A stretch of DNA of 64,000 bases, from NCBI RefSeq assembly GCF_004010195.1, contig NC_057718.1:45806322-45870321 (forward strand), read 5' to 3'. Each line of letters opens with the position of its first letter. Position 1 is the stretch's first letter. Made by a program: the position numbers and the translations under genes. The notes under the pieces were generated by a model, which worked only from the letters and a program-made list of their open reading frames with translations, made no database searches and was not told the DNA's origin. Below, piece by piece: positions 25,099 to 37,652 of the stretch. The DNA is from Chiloscyllium plagiosum. Lineage: Eukaryota.

Positions 25099-25415
25099 CA
25101 TGGAAACTTGGTCTGATGTTAGGAACTCGACTGCCAGTTCTGGATGAAGAGGACATCCTGTTGCTGGACCTCATTCAACAGGACTTTCAGGTGCTTGCCA
25201 CAATGTGGCATTAATTATCCCTTCTTCGCCATGTCCAGGGCAAATATTAGGAATCAGGCATGGTATATCCGGACTAATGCTGCTTGTCCTGGTGCACAGT
25301 GGCCTTTTAAAGATGTTGCCAGCACCAGTTGTGTTGGTCCATTCCATGGTAGCGCATGGTATGGATTTGTAGTTAAATTGAATTAGATTTTCACCCAAAA
25401 AGTCTTTATTGGGTC

Positions 25416-27349
25416 AAAGAGTCATAGAGACGTCCAGCTCGGAAACAGACCTTTCGGTCCAACTCAACCATTCTGACCAATCTAGTCCCACCTGCCAATA
25501 CCTGGCCCATATCCCTCCAAACCCTTCCTATTCATATACCCGTCCAGATGTCTCTTAAATGTTGCAATTGTACTAGACTCCACCACTTCCTCTGGCAGCT
25601 CATTCCATACATGTACCACCTTCTGCATGAAAACATTGTCCCTTAGCTCTCTTTTATATCTTTCCCCTCTCACTCTAAACCTCTGCCCTCTCATTCTGGA
25701 CTTCCCCACCCCAGGGAAAAGACTTTGTCCATTTATCCTATCCATGCCCCTCATGATTTTATAAATCTCCATAAGGTTACCCAGTCTCCGAAGCTCCAGG
25801 AAAAACACCCCAGCCTATTCAACCTCTCCCTATAGCTCAAATCCTCCAACCTGGAGACATCCTTGTAAATCTTTTCTGAAACCTTTCAAGTTCACAACAT
25901 CTTTCCAATAGGAAGGAGACCAGGATTGTACTCAATATTCCAACAGTGGCCTAACCAATGTCCTGTACAGCCACAACATGACCTCCCAACTCCTGTACTC
26001 AATACTCTGACCAATAAAGGAAAGGCAAACGCCTTCTTCACTATCCTAGCTACCTGTGACTCCACTTTCAAGGAGCTATAAACCTGCACTCCAAGGTCTC
26101 TTTGTTCAGCAACACTCCCTCGGACCTTAGCATTAAGTGTATAAGTCCTAATAAGATATGCTTTCCCAAAATGCAGCACCTCACATTTATCTGAATTAAA
26201 CTCCATCTGCCACTTCTCAGCCCATTGGCCCACCTGATCAAGATCCCGTTGTAATCTGAGGTAAACTTCTTTGCTGTCCACTACACCTCCAATTTTGGTG
26301 TCATCTGCAAACTTACTAACTATATCTCTTATGCTCACATCCAAATCATTTATATAACTGATAAAAAGTAGAGAACCCACCACCGATCCTTGTGGCACTC
26401 CACTGGTCATAACCGTCCAGTCTGAAAACAACCCTCCACCACCACCCTCTGTCTTCTACCTTTCAGCCAGTTCTGTATCCAAATGGCGGGTTCTCCCTGT
26501 ATTCCATGAGATCTAACATTGCTAACCAGTCTCCCATGGGGAACCTTGTCAAATGCCTTACTCAAGTCCATTTAGATCACATCTACCTTTCTGCCCTCAT
26601 CAATCTTCTTTGTTACTTCTTCAAAACACTTAATCAAGTTTGTGAGACATGATTTCCCATTCACAAAGCCATGTTGACTATCCCGAATCAGTCCTTGCCT
26701 TTCCAAATACATGTCCATCCGGTCCCTCAGGATTCCCTCCAACAAGTTGCCCATCACTGACATCAGGTTCACTGGTCTATAGTTCCCTGGTTTGTCCTTA
26801 CCATCTTTCTTCAACACCGGCACCACATTAGCTAACCTCCAGTCTTCCTGCATCTCACCTGTGACTGTCAATGATATAAATATCTCAGCAAGGGGCCCAG
26901 CGATCACTTCCTTAGCTTCCCACAGAGTTCTCGGATACACCTGATCAGGTCCTGGGGATTTATCCAATTTTATGCGTTTCAATGTATTCAGTACTTCCTC
27001 CTCTGTAATATAGACATTTTTCAAGATGTCACCATTTATTTCCCTACATTCTATATCTTCCATGTCCTTTTCCACATTAAATACTGATGCAAAATATTCG
27101 TTTAGTATCTCCACCATCTCCTGCAGCTCCACACAAAGGCTGCCTTGCTAATCTTCGAGGGGCCCTATTCTCTCCCTAGTTACCCTTTTGTCCTTAATGT
27201 ATTTGTAAAAACCTTTTGGATTCTCCTTAACTCTACTTGCCAAAGCTATCTCATCTCCCCTTTTGTCCTCCTGATTTCTCTCTTAAGTATACTCTTACTG
27301 CCTTTATACTCTTCTAAGGATTCACTCGATCTATGTCTGTACTTGCTCT
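25416..27349 (-). mobile_element. CR1 (HER1-like) LINE, about 1.9 kb, disrupted ORF2 RT domain
   Basis: Frames KSPGPDQVYPR, PGNYRPVNL, QHGF, GVPQGSVVG and KFADDTKIGG; 7-bp flanking repeat ttgggtc (25409-15, 27350-56). Confidence 0.95.
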
Positions 27350-27579
27350 TTGGGTCTTATTTTATTCAAAATGTAACTTTTTTTAATAAAGTTACTCCTC
27401 TGAGTGATTTATCTCATAAAAAATACTGTACATTGACAAATCAAGTCTCCTCATCCTTCAGGTCTGAATTCCTTCCATCCCTTCACTGGGACACACCGTT
27501 TGTTGCCCTCATGGGAGGCACATTGTTCAAACAAAGCTAACTTGATAATATGAAGGTCATTACTGACCATCTATTTTAC

Positions 27580-29210
27580 ATTGCACCCAGGTGTGTTCCA
27601 AGATCCATGACTTTTAACCTCTACTGCAATTTCCATCCAGGCGTCTTTGATCAGGCAGGTGGATCTCTTGATGCTATTGGTTGAAAAAGAGTCTCCTCCA
27701 TTGTTCCTGGGCAACTTGGAGTAGAACTGCAGAGAAGTATTGCTGATTCATCGACATCACCCTCTGTCTCGTCTAAGCCCTGACAACATTCTGGCAATAG
27801 TACTTGTGCTCTAGAACTTGCCACTCCCCTAGCCAAACTGTTCCAGTAGACTTGCAACACTGACATCTATCCTACAATGTGGAAATTTGGCCAAGTATGT
27901 CCTGGATACAAAAAGCAGGCCAAATCCAACCTACCCATTACCATCCATTAATCTATTCTTGATCATCACTAAAGCGATGGAAGGTGCCATCAACAGTGCT
28001 ATCAAGTAGTATCTGCTCAGCAATAACCTGCTCAGTGATTTCCGGTTTGAGTTCCACTAGGGTCACTCAGCTTCTGAACTTATTAAAGCCTTGGTTCAAA
28101 GATGGACAAAGGAGCTGAATTCCAGAGGTGAGGTGAGAGTGACAACTCATGCATTCAACGGAGTGTGACATTGAGGAACTCTTGCAAAACTGGAATCAAT
28201 AGGTATCGGGGACAAATTCATCACTGGATGGAGTCACACCTGGCACATAGGAAAACGGATGTGGTTGTTGGAGTTCAGTCATCTCAGCTCTGGGACTTCT
28301 CTGCAGAAGTTCCTCAGGGTGGTTCCAACTATCTTCAGCTGCTTCATCAATGACCTTTCCTCCACCATAAAGTCAGACATGGCGATGTTTGCCAATGATT
28401 GCACCATGTTCAGCATCATTTATGATTCAAATACTGAAGCAGTCAGTCCTAAAATGGAACAAAATCTGGACAACATCCAGGCTTGGGCTGACAAGTGGTA
28501 AGTATCATTCACGCCACCTCAATACCAGGCAATGACCATCTCCAATAAAAAGCAGTTAAACCATCATTCCTTGACATACAATGGTGTTGCCATCACTGAA
28601 TTCCACACTGTCAATATCCTTGGGGTTACCATTGACCAGAAAATCAATTGGAATCACCATAGTAGCTACAGGAGCAGGTCAGAGGCTAGGAATACTGTGA
28701 TGAATGATTCACCTCCTGACTCCCCAAAGCCTGTCCATCATTTACAAATCATAAGTCAGGAGTGAGATGGAATATATCTACTTGTCTTGATGGGTAGAGC
28801 TCCAAGAACACTCAAGAAGCTTGACACAATCCTGGACTACACAGCTAGTTTGATTGACACCGCATGTACTAACATTCACTCCCTTTATCACTAACAGTAA
28901 ATAAATACACCTCCCAAACCCATGACCATCTCTATCTAAAAGGACGAGCAGATACATGGAAACTCCACCACCTGTAAGTTCTCCTCCAAGCAACTCACCA
29001 TTCTGTTTTGAAAATTTATCGCCATTCCTTCACTGTCACTGTGGCAGAATGCTGGAATTTCCTCGGTAAGGGCATGGTGGTCAACCTATAGCACGTGGAC
29101 TGCCACAGTTCAAGAAGATAGCTCGCCACCACCTTCTCAAAGGCAACTAGGGACAGGCAAAATGTGCTGGCCAGTCAGCAGTGCTCACTTCCCATGAGTA
29201 AATTTTAAAA
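27580..29210 (+). mobile_element. Second LINE family (CR1/L2 group), RT region to 3' end
   Basis: Frames AEVPQG, FSCFINDL...MFANDCTMF...LDNIQAWADKW and ILGVTIDQKINW; distinct 3' end ttcaagaag...ccaccaccttctcaaaggcaactaggg. Confidence 0.85.
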
Positions 29211-30659
29211 AAGACACCACTTTAAAAACTGTGCCCACACCTCCAACTTCTTCAACTATCTGCTGGTAAATGGACTTCTCACCCCAACGCATAATCGGCC
29301 TGGGGCCCACTTCTCCACCATATTCATTGGTCAGTCACTGTGTAATCATAGTCAAGTGGCCTTCTTCACTATGAGCAAAAGTGACCCCCACCTCTGAGTC
29401 TGTCATTGAGATCTGTGCTGGGACAACTAAATTCTCCCCAATGTGTCTGAAATGTAAAGCAAACCCAAACCTTAACTATGAATCATTATGATTCTTTTTA
29501 TGCATACAGCGATATATTCATTTTTTGAGAATTCATTTATATGAAATGTCAAATCATTATTCAACGACTTTAAAGTCACCTAGTATTTAAAATTAATTAA
29601 TCGGATTTTAATTTTGCATTTGTGAGATAAATTATAAATGATTTGTTTGTAGAATAAATTATGGCCATATCAAACAAAGAATTTTGTTTGTTGGTTTTTG
29701 TTAATATAATTTTGACGGGCGTGCAGATAACATATTCAGATCAGTGATCTGATCTATTTATGATGTCTCAAATCCTCGAACAACAATAATATCTACAATA
29801 CAATCAATATTATGTAAATACTTCTGTATTCATAACATATATATATATATTTTGCTAATTTATATATTAGATTCCAGTGTTTTTAATGTGTAACATGACT
29901 GCTTTTCGATAATTGTAGATACATCTGTTGATCAGTATATCTGAATCTTTCAAAGCTATGACATACGTTACTGCAGATGCAATAATTCAGTGATTTAACA
30001 GTAACAAACCTACTACCATTTAATAAGATTCTGTTCAATATTTTATATGGCACTGTGTTTTATTTGCACTTTATTGTAATTTTCAAAATAAAGTATCAAA
30101 AACACGTATTTGCAAAAGATGAGTTTGAATCTGCACAATACAAAACATTTACATCATATATTATGAAAGGAGATACATGCAGAGGAAAGGGAATTAGCAA
30201 TAATTTTAAATCTTTTCTATGTACATAGTAAATTGGCTCTCTGCATGGTGGCGTCAATTGTCCTGATTACTATAGGAAGTGATTATTACAGCATATGGCT
30301 CTAAGCATGAACAAAACAATTTCAATGACTTCAGTCTTGGAGAGAAGCAAAGAAAAAATGGATTTTTTGTTAATGTGTTTGTGCAGACTTCCTTTCGCTG
30401 ATAACAAAGGATCTTTGACCTGTGCAGGATATAATCTCAAAATTTGTAATCATGTGAGTGAGTTCCTATATGGGTGTGGAAATAAATTAAGTTCAAACCA
30501 CATTTGATTGCAGTATTGGAAATAGCCAAGTATTTTATTGTAGTGATTCCAGTATTTCCACATTTTAATGGAGAAGGTAACTAAACCAAATCAAAACAAA
30601 ACACAAGGGAACATAGTTTCACTTACAAACTAAATGAAGCAGATAATGTCACTGGCACA

Positions 30660-30912
30660 GATATTTTCAAATTAACCTATTTGGACATATGATGACACAC
30701 CTCTGCTGTAGGTCAGACCTGAATCTGCACCTCCTGATCTGGCAATAGGGGCATTACTGTATATGATAAGAGCCTTTGTACCTTTTGTGCAGATATTTTC
30801 TAATCAGCCTGTTCAGGGTTGTTATTACATATCTACTGGAGGAGGTTAGATTTGTACCTGGGTCTCTTGGTCCTCGGAGGTAAGGACACTATCACTGCAC
30901 CACAAGACCCTT
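30660..30912 (-). mobile_element. Two tandem short (about 110 bp) tRNA-derived SINE units
   Basis: Two consecutive units, each the reverse complement of gtggtgcagtg...ggttcaag...gaacaggttgattagaaaatatc. Confidence 0.65.
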
Positions 30913-30924
30913 TGGTGACACGCC

Positions 30925-31350
30925 TATAGAGTCATAGTCATACAGTGATATAGCATGGAAACAGACCCTTCATTCCAAGTAGTCTGTGCTGATCATAATC
31001 CCGAACTAAACTAGTCCCACCTGCCTGCTGCTGGCCCATACCTTTCCTATTCAAGTATGTTTCCAAATATCGTTTAAATGTTGTAATTGTGCCCACATCC
31101 ACCACTTCTTCAGGAAGTTCATTCCACATATGAACTACCCTCTGTAAAAAATATGCCCCTTATTTCTATTTTTTGATCTCTCTTCTCCCACCTTAAAAAT
31201 GTGCCTCTAGTCTTGAAATCCCCCTTCCTAGGGAAAAGGCACCTATCATTAACCCTATCTATACCCCTTCTGATTTTATATGTTTTTATAAGGTCACCCT
31301 TCAACCTCCTATGTTGCAGTGAAAAAAGTCCCAGCTATCCAGCCTTTCTT
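30925..31350 (-). mobile_element. CR1 LINE 3' part
   Basis: Frames KGDLIKTYKIRRGIDRV and WNELPEEVVDVGTITTFKR. Confidence 0.9.
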
Positions 31351-31372
31351 CATAATTATACATAGACCTATA

Positions 31373-31800
31373 TCAGCTGTGGCTCAGTTGGGTATACTGT
31401 TGTCTCTAAGTAACAAAATTGTGGTTCAAGTCCCACCCTCTAGAACATAAATTCAAAACTTTAAGCTGACACTAAGGGAATGTTGGAGGTTCTGCCTATC
31501 AGATGAGATAGTAAACTGACTTTTGACTTATCTCAGAAAATATCTGCATGACTGTATTCTGAAGAACAACTGGGGAGTTGTCCCCAATGGCCTGGCCAAC
31601 ATTTATCCGTTAAACAATATCACAAAACAGTTAACCTGATTTTATTATCAGATTGCTCCCTGCAAGAGATGCATTGCCAAATTAGCTGCTGCAATGTTTA
31701 CTTAGCTTGCAATGATAACTACAATTCTAAAGTACTTAATTAGCTGTTAACTTCTTTTAAATACGTAGTAGCTATAAAAGGTGATATGCAAATACAAATA
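31373..31800 (+). mobile_element. Deu-domain SINE, near full length, old
   Basis: A box tggctcagttgg, B box ggttcaagtcc, Deu body and tail. Confidence 0.75.
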
Positions 31801-31919
31801 CAATTTTCTTTGTAAGGCATAGGCTTCTTTAAGTCTCTTACAGTGTAAAAGTAATTGGTTCTGTATAAAGAAATACCACTGGTCATGATTGATGTAGTAC
31901 AAAATAATGTTTCATAAAA

Positions 31920-33080
31920 TTATAGTATCATAAAATGGTTACAGCACATAAAGAAGTCATTTAGCACATTGTCTCCATGCTAGGTCTTGGGAAGAGCAAC
32001 TCAGCTAGTCCCACTTCCCTTCTTTTCCCTATTCTGGAAAATGTTTTCTTTTCAGATAATTGTTCAATTCCCTTTTGAAAGCCACAATTGAATGTGTCAC
32101 TTGCACAAGCTCAGACATTGTCTTTCAGATCCTAAATATTCAGTGAATAAAAAAGTTTTCTTCATATCATTCTGGTTCTTTCACCAATCACCTTAAATTA
32201 GACTCATCCAGTTCATGACACTTCCGTCAATGGGAGCAGTTTGTCTCTAACTTCTGTATCTAAACTCCCTTGTAATTTTGGAAACTTCTAATAAATGTCC
32301 TCTCAACCTCTCTTTCCTAATGAGAACTGCACCAGCTTTGCCAGTCTTACCATGTAACTACAGTCTCAAATCCACAGACCCATTCTCATAAATTGTTTCT
32401 GCGTCCATCTAAAAATGTAGTGCCCAGAATAGGCATAATACTCCAGGCAAGGCTTAACAGTTTTCGAAACAGCCCACCATATCCTCGTAGCTTTTGTAGT
32501 TTTTAAAACAACCTGCTTGGACATGTTATGATATACTGTCAGAGCAGGTGGGTCTTGAACTCAGCACTCCTAGCCTACAAGTAGGGGTATCACCACTGCA
32601 TTATATGACCCCTCCCTCCTTATGTTTGTATTCCACACATCTATTTATGAATTCCTGGATCTCAAATGCCTCATGAGCCATTTTCTCAACCTGCTCTGTC
32701 ACATTCAATGTGTACTCAAAATCCCAGGTCCCTCAGTCCTTTCACTTGTTTTAGAATTGTATCCTTTATTTTATATTGCCTTTCTTTGATTTTTCCCACC
32801 AAAGGGAAACTTCATTCTTTGCTGCATTAAATTTCACCTGTTCTATATTTAACAATTGCACTAACCTGCCTTTGTCCTCTAGAATTCTATCACTATCCTC
32901 AGAGTTCAAGCATTTCTGATTTTGAGTCATCTGCAAATTTAAAAATTGGGTCCATGACATCTGTGTCGAACTATTAATTAAAACAAGAATGTAAGGGTCC
33001 AAAGACCACTGCCTGGTGAACCACAACTTATACCTTTGTCTCATCCATAAAAGTTAAAACTGCTCATCTCCACTCCCCAT
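31920..33080 (-). mobile_element. Old CR1 subfamily fragment, with a short SINE inserted at about 32505-32610
   Basis: Minus-strand KFADDSK-like sequence at about 32920-32940 and QVKFNAAK; CR1-like 3' end. Confidence 0.65.
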
Positions 33081-33229
33081 TACTTGTCACTTAGTTGACA
33101 TTTTATATTGCATTTTATTTACTTTCTAATTAACTTGTTCAGCAACATCTAGAGTAGATAGAATGTAAACCGGTTCTTTGGCTCAGAAATAGGAACACTA
33201 CCACTGCACCACAACAGTCCGATTGTGTT

Positions 33230-35200
33230 ATGTGGGAAATTACTGAGGATGACAAGGGCAACAAATGCACTTTGCATAGGGGACAACATTCATCAGCAAG
33301 AGGGTGACTCAATAGCACAACTATAGACCAAGCTACTAAAGCACATGGCTACCAAATTGGATCTGAATCAGGTGGTGAGGAAGCTAAAGAGAGAAGAGGC
33401 TAAATGCCTCATCATCACCAACCTACCTGACAGAGATATACCCGTCCATAATAGTTTTAACCACCACACCGATCCTATGGTGACAAAGCTCTAGCTTCAC
33501 ATTGAGGACATTTCACAACATGTTGTCCAGGAAAAGCACACACGCACAGGACGCTAGTTTCTGAACACATCTAACAACTGAAAACTGAACATCCTCGAGG
33601 CACTGTGGGCCATCTGAAATAGAATTTCATTCAACCATAATTTCAACCTTGGGGCATATCTCCCAGTCTACCTATGCCTTCAAGTGAAGCTATCAACCTT
33701 GATTGGATAAAAAGTGCAGGAGACCACACTTTGAACAGCCCAGGACACACATGAAAATGAGATGTCAACCTGGTAAAAATACAACACTTGCATATCAAAT
33801 AGTGGAAGTAGCATTTCCACAACCAATAGATCAGACATAAAGCTTGTAGTTTTTGAACTTTCAGACATGAATGGTGGTGGACCATTAAACTACGATTGAA
33901 ACAGAAGGCTCAAGAAAATCTCATCTTGAATGATGGTGAGCCAAGTGCATCACCATTAAAGCCATGAGTGAAGTATTTTCAACCTTCATTAGCCAAAATT
34001 GCTAAGGAGATGATCCATCTTGCCCTCCTTCTTATATCCTCAGCAGCACAGATCAGTCAATTCAATTCACTCTATGTAATAACAAGGAACTGCTAAAGGC
34101 ACTGGATGCAACATTTCAACAATCTTACTGAGGACTGGTGCTCCAGAATGTAATCCGGTTCTTTGATTCAGAGATAGTTGTGCTATTGAGTCACTCTCTT
34201 GCTGATGAATGTTGTCCCTTACACAAAGTGCATTTGTTGCCCTTGTCACCCTCAGTAATTTCCCACATAACACAATCGGGCTGTAGTGGTGCAGTGGTAG
34301 TGTTCCTATCTCTGAGCCAAAGAACCGGTTTACAGTCTATCTACTCGAGATGTTGTTCTCCTCACCTAGCTGTTCCAGTACAGTTACAACACTGGCATCC
34401 ACCTGACAATGTGAAAGACTGGCCAGTTTACTCCTGTCCATGGAAAACATGACAAATCCAATTGGTTAATTACTTATCCATCAGTCTACTCTCAGTAATC
34501 AGCCAAGTGGTGGCAGAGGAAATTGGTGGTGTTATCACATGGCAATTGCTGAGCAATAATCTACTAGCACTCAGTTTGAGTTTCACCAGGGCCACTCAGC
34601 TCCTGTCTTAATTACAGACTTGGTTCAAATATGTACAAAAGAGTTGAGTTCCAGAGATCAGGTAGAAGTGGTGGCCCTTGAGGTCAAAACATCATTTGAT
34701 GACATGGCAGCAAGGTGCTGTAGCAAAACTTAAATAATTAGGAATCTGGGAATAATCTCCATTGTTCAGAGTCATGCAAAGTATAAAATAAAAGGTTGTG
34801 ATCATTGGTCAATCATCTGTCTTCCAGGACATCACTGTACAAGCTCCTCAGGATGGTGCCATTAGCCTAACCACCTTGAGATGATACTCAATGTTCAGTA
34901 TCAATCATGACTCTTCAGAAACTGAAATAGCTGTATCCATGTGTAGCAAGACCTGGATCATATTCCAGCTTGGAATGATAAGTGACAAGTAACATTCATG
35001 CCATGTAAACATCAGACATCAAAGGAGAATCTAACCATATCCTCTTTACAGTATCGCCATCACAAAATCTCCTATTATCAATAAACCTGTGGATTACTTT
35101 TGGCCAGAATTGAAGTGAATCAGAAATAGAAATTCTGTAGCTAGAAAAGGAGTTCAGTAGCTAGAAATTCTGTTATGAGAAATACACTCCTGACTCACCA
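33230..35200 (+). mobile_element. Second LINE family, degenerate endonuclease-RT region
   Basis: Similar to 27800-28720 (gctgttccagtacagttacaacactggcatc, gagtttcaccagggccactcagctcctg, gagttccagag). Confidence 0.7.
34174..34355 (-). repeat. Inverted copy of 33143-33324
   Basis: About 182 bp reverse complement with only scattered mismatches. Confidence 0.92.
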
Positions 35201-37215
35201 ATTCTGGTAGCAGTCATGATGCCTTTATTGCGTACTAATCCACAGTGCATACAATACCTGAAAGAGACCATTGGATGAATAATTTTTAGAATATCTATGA
35301 CTGGTTGTGATAAAATCTTAAACTATGATGTCACCTTCATCATCGTAAATATGTGTTGTAATTGGCAATGCTCGTGAACAATACCTGAAAGCTACGTTTC
35401 CTAGATAGAGTGGCAGTTCCCAGTTTAGGTTTGGGCTATGTTTGATGGGTTCCATATGCACTGGAGTGATTCACAAGAAAAAGCACACCACCAATATCTG
35501 AAAGGTAATCTGGAATGAGTAATATGTCCTGGTTTTCCTCGTGACACCAATAGTTGTGAATGAATTATAAAAAATGCATGTATTGTTTGCCATAATATTG
35601 AGAAGTTTATGTATTAAGTAGCCAGGTTGAACAATTTATTTTAATAAAGGCAATGCAACATTGATTTATCAATTTTAGTCCTTTTTAAATATTAATGTTC
35701 TGTTGTCATCATTTTTCAAGTCGTAAATGAAACTCTTAACACCTCTAAAACAGGCACTGCCTCTAATCAGTAGGGTTTCCTAATTTTGTGCCAAACACTT
35801 CTTCTAAGTGATTCTTAACTTCCTATATTGTCCAAGTTCAACCAACACTTAAACACTGTTTCCCTATGTGAGAGAATTTATTGGCATCTTTTACATTGTT
35901 GAACAGGGCAAAAGAAAACTTATCCACCACAATCTTCTTAACTGTTAGTATAACTAATGTTGTTGCTCTTATTAGCTTTTCCTTTTTAATTTTTTCAAAG
36001 CTCTATGAATATGCTATAACACATTACTTTACTTCCCTGTATACTTTGTTAAACTTAATTCATTTGGATCTCTTACTCAAATTCCTTTCTTATTAAGACT
36101 TCAAAATAGTGCTAATCACATCTATAGGAATGTTTTCCTCCGTAGAAATATTTATCTCTTTTCTACATTCAGAAAGGAGTTCTTTCTTGCTCTTCTTTTC
36201 AGAGGCATACGTTGTCACTTGTTAGAAACATTTTGCCCTACCCTATTCCTGTTCTTTCCCCTCATAATTCACTCAATGGTCCACTTTCTTCCTCCTGCAC
36301 TCCCTACTGTTTATTTCGGCTCTAACATGATGTGAGTTTGCATGAACTTGCGTAACTGTGGCATGGAACCAGGACTAAGTGGACTGCTGAGTGGAGACAC
36401 ATCTTAGCAGAGGAGACAAAAGTCTTGAGAGACTAACATAAGTTCAGACTAGTGTGCATTACTTAAAGATAGTCTCCAGCTCTTATTTGCATGCTGACAA
36501 GAGCTACTTGAACTTAATGGAAGCCATTGTAAAAGTCAATTTGCACAGGGAAAAGTGACACAACAGGGCTGACAGCAGAGTCCAGGGTTGGAAATAAATA
36601 TAGGGTGGAATCTTAAAGGGGCCTGAGCAACATGGGTTATCACAAGATGCGTGACAAAATTGAACAAGAAATTCAGCGAAGCTGATCTAGACATTGAGAG
36701 CATCTTGTTTTGTTTTTTACACTTTTCACAAGTGGTGTGACAAGTTTCTTGTTAGGAAACAGTGAAATTCTTGCTAGACAGCGGCCATATGCTAATTAAG
36801 AGAGATTATTGCTTGTTAAAAACCTATTGATGGCTCAATTTGCTGAATTAATAGTCAACTGTCTATATCATTGAACTTGCTAAACAAGTTAGCTATCAAG
36901 GAAATTCAGTATGAAAACCAGAGCGGGTACAAGACAGATTTAGCTCACCACTTCTTCCAAATGTCCACCATGTTGCATTTGATCAAACTGCAGTTCAGGG
37001 CATGATCAATAGGCACCAGCCACATGCCTTTCCATTGTGATCACCATTTATTAAATGGTGTTGTCACAGCAACAACACCTCTATTTCTCTTGAAATGTAG
37101 TATATATGGAGATACACACAAGTAGAATTCAAATAATTAATCAAAACCTCAATAATAAGCAGCTCTCCATCAAACTTAAAACAACTTTACATAAAGCAAA
37201 CATTAATTCTATAAC

Positions 37216-37317
37216 TGAAAAATGTGTTGCTGGAAAAGCGCAGCAGGTCAGGCAGCATCCAAGGAGCAGGAGAATCGACGTTTCGGGCATAAGCCCTTCT
37301 TCAGGAATCAGCTCATT
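37216..37317 (-). mobile_element. Penelope-derived short insertion (family B), very little decayed
   Basis: Perfect 14-bp TSD attaattctataac (37202-15, 37318-31); CpGs intact. Confidence 0.88.
37272..37308 (-). ncRNA. Minimal type I hammerhead ribozyme motif
   Basis: Minus strand reads auuc-CUGAAGA-a-GGGC uuau GCCC-GAAA-CGUC-gauuc: intact core boxes, 4-bp stem II, palindromic ACGU stem III, GUC cleavage triplet. Stem I is weak. Confidence 0.72.
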
Positions 37318-37497
37318 ATTAATTCTATAACCACCATATTATTTCAATTGGTATAAAATAGTAGGCATAAATTAACAAAAGGTTTTTTAAAGTAATGGGG
37401 ACACACTTCTCCATATAAAAATCCATCATCCCAAATGCACTTCCACAGATTCATGAAGTCATAGTTAATGAGTTTTTATTGTACATACACAAAATTG

Positions 37498-37652
37498 GGA
37501 AGTTACACAACACCAGGTTTTAAGCCACTTCACCTGACGAAGGAACAGCACCCTGAAAGCTTGTGATTTCAAATAAACCTGTTGGACTAAAACCTGGTGT
37601 CATGTGATTTCTGATTTTGTCCACCCTAGTACAAAACCAGCACCTCCACATT
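37498..37652 (+). mobile_element. Penelope-derived insertion (family A) with short 5' inversion
   Basis: Perfect 13-bp TSD atacacaaaattg (37485-97, 37653-65); core cac-ctgacga-...-gaaa-gctt-gtg at 37531-37565. Confidence 0.85.

Noticed and set aside
25892..27132. The longest ORFs (179 and 186 aa) as a functional reverse transcriptase gene
   Set aside because: They are frameshifted pieces of a 5'-truncated CR1 ORF2.
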